This document shows, one piece after another, positions 47,240-55,499 of a stretch of DNA of 55,499 nt. Source of the DNA: a virus (Duplodnaviria > Caudoviricetes); IMG/VR virus record IMGVR_UViG_3300013094_000003, positions 1 through 55,499 of that record. One strand, given 5' to 3'. The position numbers were made by a program, and so were the translations under genes. Numbering within the stretch: position 1 is the stretch's first letter; the number at the start of each line of letters is the position of its first letter. The notes under the pieces were generated by a model, which worked only from the letters and a program-made list of their open reading frames with translations, searched no databases and was not told where the DNA came from.

Positions 47240-48331
47240 ATGTCCTATTCAAAAATCACTCTTAATAGCGATGTTATCCTCTCTTGGTCTTATCCTCGTA
47301 CCGATGGTGAAATTGTTAGCGATATTAATGATGTTAGCTCTGGGAGTGATTCCTATACTATTACTCTTCCCCCAAGCAATACTGTCCAAACAGGAACTAC
47401 CATGTTATTTAACAATATAGGTAGTTATGATTTTACTATTTTAGATAATGCTGGTGCACCTGTAGGAACTGTGATGGTTGCCGGAGAAGTCAGGCAGATA
47501 TATTTAACTGATTCTTCAACTGCTGCCGGCGTTTGGAATGTAATACCTTTTGGAGGAGGAACAAGCGGAATTATTACTTTTTCAACAGAATCTTTAAACA
47601 ATTCGTTAAGTATTACCAATTCCACTATTACGCCTCCTTCAGGTAACATAAGCTTTAATATTTCCGATTCGTTAAATAATTTAAATAATCTAACTACTCA
47701 AGTACAGAATGGGTTTTTAGTAATAAACGCTAATACTCCTTTAAGTTTTATAACAAGAACAATAGGGGGAGGTACTAATATAGATGTGCAAAACGGCGAT
47801 GGGGAAACAAACGATGTAATTATTAATTTAGCTGATTCTCTAGTTGAATTATCCAGTATCAACGTAGGTAATCTCTTAATCTCTGTAAATACGATTACAA
47901 CGGCAAGCGGTGATCAGGATATTAACGTGGCTACTGTAGATGATGGAGTCATCAACTTAAATAGCATTCAAATAGATACTAGCGGAAATATGACAATAGC
48001 AGGGGTTATTGACAATCCCGGTGCTGCCAAAGCTTATTGTTTTTTCTACGATAATAATGCATCAAGTAATAATATTCAGATAGAAAGCAGTTTTAATATA
48101 GAATCGGTAACCGGATCAAATGGATCGTATGTTGTAACTTTTACTACTTCTTTTTCCGATGGTAATTATACAGTATTACCGGCACTTAGCAGAGGGACGG
48201 AAGTAGTAGCTCCGTTTCAGGTATTTTTTAGATCAAAAACGGCAACAGAGGTAATAATTTTTACAACTGATACGCTTGGTAACTTACTCCCTGCACTTGA
48301 TGGTGTGTCTGTCGTGGTATTTGGTAGTTAA
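47240..48331 (+). CDS. Putative structural fibre-like protein
   Basis: S/T/N/G-rich beta protein; AKAYCFF...SFNI.SV...GSY.V.F C-terminal domain. Confidence 0.6.
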   Translation: MSYSKITLNSDVILSWSYPRTDGEIVSDINDVSSGSDSYTITLPPSNTVQTGTTMLFNNIGSYDFTILDNAGAPVGTVMVAGEVRQIYLTDSSTAAGVWNVIPFGGGTSGIITFSTESLNNSLSITNSTITPPSGNISFNISDSLNNLNNLTTQVQNGFLVINANTPLSFITRTIGGGTNIDVQNGDGETNDVIINLADSLVELSSINVGNLLISVNTITTASGDQDINVATVDDGVINLNSIQIDTSGNMTIAGVIDNPGAAKAYCFFYDNNASSNNIQIESSFNIESVTGSNGSYVVTFTTSFSDGNYTVLPALSRGTEVVAPFQVFFRSKTATEVIIFTTDTLGNLLPALDGVSVVVFGS

Positions 48332-48362
48332 TTTTTAAAGAATTTAATCGAGAGAATATGTT

Positions 48363-48743
48363 ATGTATGAATATCAAATAGAAGAAATATTTTTACACTC
48401 AGAGGGTTATGTAGAAGTTAAAGTTTCTTTAAATATTGAGAAAGATTACAAAATTATTTTAAGGTTCACGAAGGGTTTTATTGAAGATTTTATTTTAGGG
48501 ACAGCTTCCGAAGAAGAAGTGAAGACCAAATTAGAGCATTTATTGTTAAATAAGGATAAGTTTTTATTAATTAGGTTAGTTAGACTAGCACTTGGCCATC
48601 CAATTATAAAAAAACAATTACGAACCGATCAAAATGGAGTGTTTAGTATTGATTTATCAAAATGGAAGCAAATACTTAAAAAATTAAAAGAGGAAAAATT
48701 AGAAGCAATATTAGCCGAAGGTTTAGATGATGTCGTAAACTAA
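48363..48743 (+). CDS. Hypothetical protein
   Basis: ORF only. Confidence 0.6.
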   Translation: MYEYQIEEIFLHSEGYVEVKVSLNIEKDYKIILRFTKGFIEDFILGTASEEEVKTKLEHLLLNKDKFLLIRLVRLALGHPIIKKQLRTDQNGVFSIDLSKWKQILKKLKEEKLEAILAEGLDDVVN

Positions 48744-48762
48744 CTCTAAATAGTAGTACGAT

Positions 48763-48792
48763 TTGCAAAATGGATAATCTTTTTGCTATAAT
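48763..48792 (+). promoter_or_regulatory. Promoter for the capsid genes
   Basis: TTGCAA -35 and extended -10 TGcTATAAT. Confidence 0.65.
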
Positions 48793-48811
48793 ATAATTAG
48801 ATAGAAAAAAA

Positions 48812-48982
48812 GTCATGACTAGACTTAAAAAGGTCGTAGTTTGTAGCTAAATCTTTTAAAAAGCTATGCTTACGTCATCGCTAGACGTTAAAAGGCTAGT
48901 TTTGAAACTTATCTGTAATAAAGTTTATCGTCATAACTAGACGTTAAAAGGTCTCCGAAGCTTGAATTAGCTTATCTTTTTT
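48812..48982 (+). repeat. Three tandem ~56-62-nt structured RNA units
   Basis: gtcatNNctagac(g/t)t(t/a)aaaagg at 48812, 48874, 48930, each followed by a hairpin. Confidence 0.8.
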
Positions 48983-49032
48983 AAATTTAAAATATTTACG
49001 TTTTTTAATAATTAATAATATACGAGGAAATT

Positions 49033-49815
49033 ATGTCTAACGGCATTAATAGACCTTATGGTTTGCAAGTTGTGCAGTCCCAAATAGGAAACGGCGGAAC
49101 ACAAAAACTAGGTCAATATTACATTTATGCAGATGATGACGGCTTAATTACACAGCCAAACAGTATTTTTCAAGGTGATCCAGTAAAATTTGTCAGTAAC
49201 CCTGGTCTTGCTACCATGGCAGGAACTATAGCACCTCAAAAGCTATCTGCTTCAACAGATGGTACTGCAGTGCAAGGCATTGCAACAGCTGACGCTGATG
49301 CTTTCATCGGTGTGTTTATAAGTTGTCAGTATACAAGTGCGCAGACTGGCTATCAAATAAATTCTGATTACTGGCCAGGAAGTACACAAGTAAAAGCAGG
49401 TACATCCATTATTGCTTACGTTAATGATGACCCAATGGCAGTATTTAGAGTGCAGGTATCAAGTTCTGTAGCAGCTGCCACAGGAATTACTTTTTTAGCA
49501 ACTCAGGTTGGGCGTAATGCTTATTTATCAGTGGCAGGCATAACTTTTACGGATGCAACTGCTATTGCTGGTGGTCAAAATCCACGTACCGGTAGTACGA
49601 TATATGGTTCTGTTTACTATCTCGATGGTTCAACAATTGCAAATACCGGTACTTTAGATGTAAAAATTATTGGCATTGATCCAGTAATTACCGCAGATAG
49701 TAATCCTACAGGATTAGTCCCGGGTGTAGATATGCCGTTTACTAACCTTTTAGTAAAGTTTAACAAACATATTTACGGTTCAAGTGGTGTAGCAGGTCCA
49801 ACAGCCGGAGTATAG
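49033..49815 (+). CDS. Capsid-associated (decoration/cement-like) protein
   Basis: N.PYGL..V, IFQGDPV, AYVNDDP..VF.VQ; directly before the MCP. Confidence 0.65.
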   Translation: MSNGINRPYGLQVVQSQIGNGGTQKLGQYYIYADDDGLITQPNSIFQGDPVKFVSNPGLATMAGTIAPQKLSASTDGTAVQGIATADADAFIGVFISCQYTSAQTGYQINSDYWPGSTQVKAGTSIIAYVNDDPMAVFRVQVSSSVAAATGITFLATQVGRNAYLSVAGITFTDATAIAGGQNPRTGSTIYGSVYYLDGSTIANTGTLDVKIIGIDPVITADSNPTGLVPGVDMPFTNLLVKFNKHIYGSSGVAGPTAGV

Positions 49816-49827
49816 GAGTATAAGGTT

Positions 49828-49959
49828 ATGTCCATAATAACAAGCGGCAATATGCCTTCTCTTTTAAAGGAAGGATTATATTTACCAAAAGAGAAGAAAA
49901 AAACGTCTGTTAAAGCAGAATCAATCAAGAAAACTAAAACTAAAAATAAAGGTAATTAA
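49828..49959 (+). CDS. 43-aa peptide: copy of the MCP N-terminus plus a Lys-rich tail (not in ORF track)
   Basis: MSIITSGNMPSLLKEGLY versus MCP MSIITTGDIPSLLWPGLY; RBS upstream. Confidence 0.7.
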   Translation: MSIITSGNMPSLLKEGLYLPKEKKKTSVKAESIKKTKTKNKGN

Positions 49960-49961
49960 TT

Positions 49962-50891
49962 ATGTCTATTATAACCACTGGTGATATTCCTAGTCTCTTA
50001 TGGCCTGGTTTGTATGAAGTAAAGTCTCAGTATGATCGGTTCAAAGGGGAATATACCAAAGTCTATGAACAGGGTAATTCTATCAAACATACTGAAAGGT
50101 TGGTTGACATTAGAGGCACTGGCTATGCACTTGAGAAAACTCAAGGTGCTCCTATTAAAATGGATAGCATGGCTGAGCGTTTTATTTATGAATTTGTCCA
50201 TCGGGAATTTGCCCTCGGTTTTCAGATTACTAATATTGCCATGGAAGATGATCTTTATGCCGATCAGTTCTTTAATGGTACTAAATCTCTTACTACTTCC
50301 TATGAACAAACCAGAGAAGTAGTAGCAATGAATCCGTTTAATCAGGCATTTAACACCTCAGCTACAATCGCTAACGGCCAAACTCTTTGCTCTGGCTCTC
50401 AACCTTACGATGGCGGTGTTTATTCTAATCAGGTTGGAGCGTATAACGGCACGAGTAATTATGTCGATTTTAGTGAAACCGGTGTTGAACAGGGGGTAAT
50501 TCTTGCCGGTAAAATGAAAGATCAGGCAGGACTGCTAATTAATGGTCAGATTGAGAGATTGCTATTACCACAAGACTTAATGTTCTCAGGTTGTAGATTG
50601 CTTGAATCTGTATTTAGAACAGGAACAGCTAATAATGACGTAAATGCAATTTACAACATGAAGGCTATTCCACAAGGTTATGAAGTAAGCCACTTCTTAA
50701 CAAATCCAAGTAACTGGTTTGCGTTAACTAATGTTAAAGGAACACGTAAACATTTTGTTAGACGTCCGCTTAAAGTAAACGTAACAACCGATCCTGTAAC
50801 CGAAACTATGTCAGTGCTTGCATCAGGTCGTTATTCTTTTGGCATGTTTACTCCTCTTGGCGTGATTGGCGCAGAAGGTTCAACAGCTTAA
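49962..50891 (+). CDS. Major capsid protein
   Basis: LWPGL...YDRF, FALGFQIT..A.EDDLY, RYSFG...PLG..G; size and position. Confidence 0.88.
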   Translation: MSIITTGDIPSLLWPGLYEVKSQYDRFKGEYTKVYEQGNSIKHTERLVDIRGTGYALEKTQGAPIKMDSMAERFIYEFVHREFALGFQITNIAMEDDLYADQFFNGTKSLTTSYEQTREVVAMNPFNQAFNTSATIANGQTLCSGSQPYDGGVYSNQVGAYNGTSNYVDFSETGVEQGVILAGKMKDQAGLLINGQIERLLLPQDLMFSGCRLLESVFRTGTANNDVNAIYNMKAIPQGYEVSHFLTNPSNWFALTNVKGTRKHFVRRPLKVNVTTDPVTETMSVLASGRYSFGMFTPLGVIGAEGSTA

Positions 50892-50909
50892 GATTTAAGG
50901 AGAAACAAC

Positions 50910-51110
50910 ATGGAAACCGATCTAAATAATATGTTGCAGGAAGCAGAAGCACAACACACAAAACTTGTTGTGCTTCACGTGCAAATGACAGAGCAGATTA
51001 ATAAACTCACCGAAGAGAATAAGAAGCTTATTCATACTTTAACTATATCTACAGGTGAAATTCAAGCTTACAGGAAAGCTCTGGAAATAATAAATAAACA
51101 TAAGGAATAA
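50910..51110 (+). CDS. Small coiled-coil protein
   Basis: aggag RBS. Confidence 0.7.
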   Translation: METDLNNMLQEAEAQHTKLVVLHVQMTEQINKLTEENKKLIHTLTISTGEIQAYRKALEIINKHKE

Positions 51111-51112
51111 TT

Positions 51113-51778
51113 ATGTCTCAATTTTATCAATATAATTGGCCAGCTCCTATAACAAACGGAATATCTACGGCTCAAACTACCACAACAAATACTCCGCTGC
51201 TGTTAAATGGTTCTTATGTTAATAAAACTACGGGTATAGTTAATTTTATTGATTTTGGTATTGTTCCAAGAATTACTCTTAATTCAGCGGCCAATCTTTC
51301 TGCAATTAATTTTCTTATTACTGGTTATCAGAATGGGGTTTTTATTAGTGAAACCTTAGCTGGTCCAGATGCAAATACAGTTACAAGCGTTAACTGCTTT
51401 GATAATGTGGTGCAGATAATTCCAACCGGTACTACAGGCTCTACCCTTCAAGTCGGCGTTGCTTCTGTTGGGTATTTTCCAATGATTCTATTAAATACCG
51501 CTAAGACCAATACTTCTTCTATAAGCTATGCCTTAAATATCGTAGCAGCAACGGCTAATCCTGCTACTTATCAGGTATTTTTATCGCTAAAGAATAATTT
51601 AGGCCTAGGGAAATATGATGACTTAACGTCTGCAGCTAATGGTAATTTTGCAGCTTCAGCCGCCACAGCTACTGCGTCTGCATTACTACAATATAATTCT
51701 TTAGCTTCCAATTTACTCATTAAAATTAATCCTAATAATAATGGTTCGGTTCTTAAAGCTCAATTCCTGCAATTATAA
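51113..51778 (+). CDS. Putative virion protein
   Basis: Beta-rich; structural operon. Confidence 0.6.
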   Translation: MSQFYQYNWPAPITNGISTAQTTTTNTPLLLNGSYVNKTTGIVNFIDFGIVPRITLNSAANLSAINFLITGYQNGVFISETLAGPDANTVTSVNCFDNVVQIIPTGTTGSTLQVGVASVGYFPMILLNTAKTNTSSISYALNIVAATANPATYQVFLSLKNNLGLGKYDDLTSAANGNFAASAATATASALLQYNSLASNLLIKINPNNNGSVLKAQFLQL

Positions 51779-51795
51779 GTAAAGAGGTAAGTAAA

Positions 51796-52866
51796 ATGCC
51801 GAATACTAGCGGAAGTTATAGTTTTAATAGTATAAAAGGAGAGCTGATTATCAGAAAAGCTTATGAGCTAATTAACATGCCTCTTAGCATGGTAACTGCC
51901 GAGCAATATAATTCAGCACTTAATATTATTAATTTTATTTTAAGCGATTGGACTAACTCTAATGTCAATTTATGGACATTAAAATTAAATCCTATTTTTT
52001 TAACTACGGGGCAAGCATCCTATACCTTGCCAAGCAATATTACTAAAATATTTCAAGTGTTCCTTAGAAGTAATGTAAGACAATTAAATGGGACACCGCA
52101 ATCAAATACCGCAAATACTTATGATGGAAACGGCGGAGGAATTGCTGCTTATGCTTTTGATGGTAATCCAGCAACAAGATGTACACAAAACGTTCAAAAC
52201 GGCAATATTTCTTATGATTATGGTTTGGGAGTTACAAAACAAATCAGCATTATTGGCATTCAAAGTTATGTTTCTAATCGTCCATATAGCTTAGTTTTAG
52301 AAGCATCACAAGATACGATAAATTGGTTTACTGTTTTTACTTGTCCTACCCTTTATCCATACAAAGCGGACGTAATTTCATGGTTTTATGTACCTGATCC
52401 AATTTATGCAAGGGCATATAGAATTAAAGAAACAGGAGGATACACACTCGATATTGAAGAACTTTATTTTAATAGTATAAGCCAGGATACTACCATGAGC
52501 GAGGTATCCAGATATGAATATTTAACCTACCCAAACAAGTCGTTAATGGGACGGCCTACCATTTACTATGTTGACTACCAGCGAACCCCGTCTTTGTATA
52601 TATGGCAGACTGCTTCTTCTATGTATAATTTAATAATGTATAGCGGTCAAAGCAGTATAGAAACACTAGAGAGTTATACGCAAAGCATTGATATTCCATC
52701 ATATTTTTATACTCCTCTAATATATGGACTCGCAAGCATGTTAGCGGCTCAATATGCTCCTGAAAAAGAAGAAAGTTTAAAAATGAGGTATCAGGAAACG
52801 CTGAGTCCGGCAGTAATTAATAATACGACGGAAGTACCGCTTAAACTGGAGGTATATAGTGACTAG
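51796..52866 (+). CDS. Head-tail adaptor / tail tubular protein with an inserted F5/8 (discoidin)-like domain
   Basis: TSGSYSF, W.N..VNLWT, GRPT.YY.D, GLA..LA; insert AFDGNP.T...YDYG...LEASQD.INW...ARAYRI. Confidence 0.65.
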   Translation: MPNTSGSYSFNSIKGELIIRKAYELINMPLSMVTAEQYNSALNIINFILSDWTNSNVNLWTLKLNPIFLTTGQASYTLPSNITKIFQVFLRSNVRQLNGTPQSNTANTYDGNGGGIAAYAFDGNPATRCTQNVQNGNISYDYGLGVTKQISIIGIQSYVSNRPYSLVLEASQDTINWFTVFTCPTLYPYKADVISWFYVPDPIYARAYRIKETGGYTLDIEELYFNSISQDTTMSEVSRYEYLTYPNKSLMGRPTIYYVDYQRTPSLYIWQTASSMYNLIMYSGQSSIETLESYTQSIDIPSYFYTPLIYGLASMLAAQYAPEKEESLKMRYQETLSPAVINNTTEVPLKLEVYSD

Positions 52867-53299
52867 TTTAAAGAACTGTCCTGTAAATACGCAAATGGGA
52901 GATTACGTTAGAAAGGACGTAATCGAACCTATAGGAGTTTGCGACTACTCAGGATTTTTTTTTAGCAAGTCTGATTTAGTCAAGCAATATGAATGGAGAG
53001 GAAATCAGTTAGTCTGGACAGGAGCAATAGTTGGCCGCCCTTTTGTTGATGAACCAAACCAGCAGAATAGACCACCACAAATAAAGGGTGATCCAAAAGT
53101 TGTGCAAAATCCTCGCCCGTTCGGCATTGAAACACCTATTGGACCAGATGCTAACTCTAATACTTCTCCTGTTATTTTAGAAAATATCAACTTTACAAAT
53201 GATGATATACCTCCTGATTTACCTGATTTTGCCGGTGAAGATATTAGTAACATAGATGAAGAAGAACGTTTAAAATCATTGTATCAAATTCAGTTTTAA
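52859..53299 (+). CDS. Conserved phage protein
   Basis: GVCDYSGF...DL.KQ.EW.G, DP..V.NPRP. Confidence 0.65.
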   Translation: MTSLKNCPVNTQMGDYVRKDVIEPIGVCDYSGFFFSKSDLVKQYEWRGNQLVWTGAIVGRPFVDEPNQQNRPPQIKGDPKVVQNPRPFGIETPIGPDANSNTSPVILENINFTNDDIPPDLPDFAGEDISNIDEEERLKSLYQIQF

Positions 53300-53302
53300 G
53301 TA

Positions 53303-55499
53303 ATGAGTAATAATTTTAATCCAGGATTTGACAGAGAAAAAGCAGCGTTTCTAGAACTAGCTAATAGAGGAGATGGTCTGACTCCAATTGACTATTTATA
53401 TGCAAAAGAAGCTAGTTTTGGAAGCGTATTATCTTCTGCTATTACCGGTGGAACGGCCGAGTTTTATACAATATATGTAAATGGAATTGAGTCTTCCAAT
53501 ATTACTAACAGTAATGATATTATCACTAACAGCTTAAAGTTGAGGAATCAGTTAAATGATTATTATGTTGGCTTTACTGCCGGTAGCTTGACTCAAAGTA
53601 CAATCTGGAGCTTACCATTACAGGATGGAACTGATGGGCAGGTACTTGCTACAAACGGCAATCGTATTCTATCGTTTATAGATGCTGGCGGAGGAGGTGA
53701 AGGTGCACCAAAGGATGCTACTTATATTATTAGGCAAGAAAATGAAGCTTTAACTAATGCCCAAGTATTAAGTTCACTTGAAACGGGAATCGCTAAAATT
53801 GAAACAGATGGATATATCGCTATTGCTGTTCCAGATGTCGATTATGCAACTGTTGAAACATTAGAAGAGTTAGCAGCAGAAGCTGAGGCTAGTGCAGAAG
53901 CTGCTGCAACTTCTGCTACAGAGGCTACGGGAGCTGCAGCAGAAGCAACAGGAGCTGCCAGCGAAGCTAGTGTTTCAGCAATAGCTTCTTCTGCCTCAGC
54001 AGCAGCGGCAGCAGCTTCTGCTGCAGCTGCCTCTGACTATAGTGATAAGGCATACGAATATAAGGAAAAAGCCAGAGAATATAAAAATGATGCTTTTGAT
54101 TATAAAGAATCAGCATCTAACTCTGCAAGTAGTGCTTCTAGTTCTGCTTCAAATGCCTCGTCAAGTGCATCTGAAGCTCATACTTATTTAGAAACACTAC
54201 TTTCTACAGGATTAAATCAGCTTCCTAATAGTGGTGATGTAGACATCAATAATTATAAAATTATTAATTTAGCAAATGGTGTTTCTGGAACAGATGCCGT
54301 AAATGTTAATCAATTGAGTTCTGCAATTTCCGGTTCAGCAGCACCAAATACTGCTACATATATTATACAAACTGCAAATACTTCATTAACAAATGCACAA
54401 GTTTTGGGGTCTTTAAGTACAGGGTTACTAAAGAACACGACAAGTACTGGTGTTCTAACAATAGGAATAGCTGGAACGGATTACTATAGTCCAGGTAATC
54501 CTACAACTATAAAAGATGATGGTAATAGCCTATTTATCGGAGCTAATACCGGCCTTCTTTCTCCTGCGGGATACAGTAATTTAGGTATTGGTTCATATGC
54601 ATTAAATTCATTAAGTACTAGCACTTCAGGAGATGCCAATATAGCATTAGGATATGGTGCTCTTAATTTAAATACAGATGGTTTTAATAATATTGCAATA
54701 GGCCAATATAGCTTACCTTCAAATACTATTGGTCATCTTAATATAGGAATTGGTGCTAATAGTCTTAATAATAATACAACTGGTTTTAATAATATTGCAA
54801 TAGGAGATTCCTGCTTAAAAGTAAATACTACGGGAAATTGCAATATTGGAATTGGTTATCTCGTCTTAAATACTAACTTTACAGGAAGTTATAACATTGG
54901 AATTGGCGATGGTTCTTTACTGGGAAGTGGATCTAGAAGTGTAGCTATCGGATATCAAGCTTTACAAGCTTCCATCTTAAACGACTGTACTGCAATAGGA
55001 TACCAGGCCGGCTACAATACTACGTATTATGGTGCTAACGAATGCGTTTTTATAGGTTCAGGAACAACTATTGGGGCAAATAACCTAACGAATGCGATAG
55101 CGATTGGTTACAACTCTACAATTGGTGTTTCTAATGCGATGCGATTAGGAAATGGTGTGAATGTAGGAATCAATCAGGCATCACCAGCTTATCCATTACA
55201 CATAAGCAATGTTAATAACATTTCAGCATTATATTTAGAAGCAACAACAAGTACTCCATCTATTCCTGCGTCTGGTGGATTGATGTATACAAGTGGCGGC
55301 GAGCTTTACTACAAAGGTAATTCTAAAACAGTTAGTTTAACTGCTGTTAGCGGCGTTACTGCTGGCAGTTATACGAATGCTAGTATTACGGTAAATGCAC
55401 AAGGGCAATTAACGGCAGCAAGTAGTGGCGCAACTCCATTATTAGTTAGCAATAATTTATCAGATTTAAACAATGCAGCAACAGCTAGGACAAACTTAG
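53303..55499 (+). CDS. Tail fibre, N-terminal part (missing from the ORF track; continues at base 1)
   Basis: Open from ATG 53303; Ala/Ser-rich coil, YadA-neck-like KIINLANGVSGTDAVNVNQL, head repeats, NNLSDLNNAATARTNLG. Confidence 0.9.
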   Translation, partial: MSNNFNPGFDREKAAFLELANRGDGLTPIDYLYAKEASFGSVLSSAITGGTAEFYTIYVNGIESSNITNSNDIITNSLKLRNQLNDYYVGFTAGSLTQSTIWSLPLQDGTDGQVLATNGNRILSFIDAGGGGEGAPKDATYIIRQENEALTNAQVLSSLETGIAKIETDGYIAIAVPDVDYATVETLEELAAEAEASAEAAATSATEATGAAAEATGAASEASVSAIASSASAAAAAASAAAASDYSDKAYEYKEKAREYKNDAFDYKESASNSASSASSSASNASSSASEAHTYLETLLSTGLNQLPNSGDVDINNYKIINLANGVSGTDAVNVNQLSSAISGSAAPNTATYIIQTANTSLTNAQVLGSLSTGLLKNTTSTGVLTIGIAGTDYYSPGNPTTIKDDGNSLFIGANTGLLSPAGYSNLGIGSYALNSLSTSTSGDANIALGYGALNLNTDGFNNIAIGQYSLPSNTIGHLNIGIGANSLNNNTTGFNNIAIGDSCLKVNTTGNCNIGIGYLVLNTNFTGSYNIGIGDGSLLGSGSRSVAIGYQALQASILNDCTAIGYQAGYNTTYYGANECVFIGSGTTIGANNLTNAIAIGYNSTIGVSNAMRLGNGVNVGINQASPAYPLHISNVNNISALYLEATTSTPSIPASGGLMYTSGGELYYKGNSKTVSLTAVSGVTAGSYTNASITVNAQGQLTAASSGATPLLVSNNLSDLNNAATARTNL

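Larger units (their letters stand above)
1..55499. mobile_element. Complete circular temperate phage / phage-plasmid, podovirus-like, probable Rickettsiaceae host
   Basis: 20-nt end overlap with an ORF continuing in frame across it; terminase, portal, capsid, tail and lysin genes together with Rep, ParA, resolvase and TA genes; no integrase seen. Confidence 0.88.

Noticed and set aside
48812-48953. CRISPR mini-array
   Set aside because: Repeats are degenerate, the first two spacers resemble each other with covarying stems, and there are no cas genes; better explained as tandem RNA units
274-53253. Short antisense or nested ORFs (e.g. 274..516, 1718..1918, 2558..2773, 14674..15048, 29812..30006, 32044..32406, 44939..45142, 49998..50309, 53005..53253)
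   Set aside because: Shadows of longer, well-supported genes; no recognisable motifs
55480-55499. Physical direct terminal repeat of the virion DNA
   Set aside because: Only 20 nt and in the middle of a gene; typical assembly overlap

Overview
This window is a complete, circularly closed, AT-rich temperate phage genome. Bases 1-20 equal bases 55480-55499, giving a unit length of 55,479 bp, and one tail-fibre gene runs in frame across the junction. It has a podovirus-like virion module: TerS/TerL, portal, GroES-like chaperonin, scaffold, major capsid, adaptor and nozzle, large ejection-type proteins, fibres, and a GH108 endolysin. It has no integrase. Instead it carries plasmid maintenance functions: a rickettsial-plasmid-type Rep with a putative countertranscript RNA, ParA plus an RHH partner, a serine resolvase, iteron-like repeats, and RelBE and Panacea TA genes. 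It therefore looks like a phage-plasmid. The cargo (ProP-like MFS, patatin, RI-type LRR protein, porin fragment) points to an intracellular Rickettsiaceae-like host; this is inference. The most striking unexplained elements are: (1) an orphan TnpB-type reRNA with pseudoknot, 16-nt guide and terminator, whose guide matches the canonical vapD gene, beside a phage vapD lacking exactly that target; (2) a zinc-deaminase toxin-like protein sharing an F/Y-x-x-G-G motif with virion cargo proteins; (3) three tandem pseudoknot/hairpin RNA units in front of the capsid genes; (4) an MFS transporter fused to an HTH domain; (5) a mini-gene copying the capsid N-arm; (6) a cassette-built tail fibre. All family calls come from motif recognition by eye; no database searches or folding programs were run.
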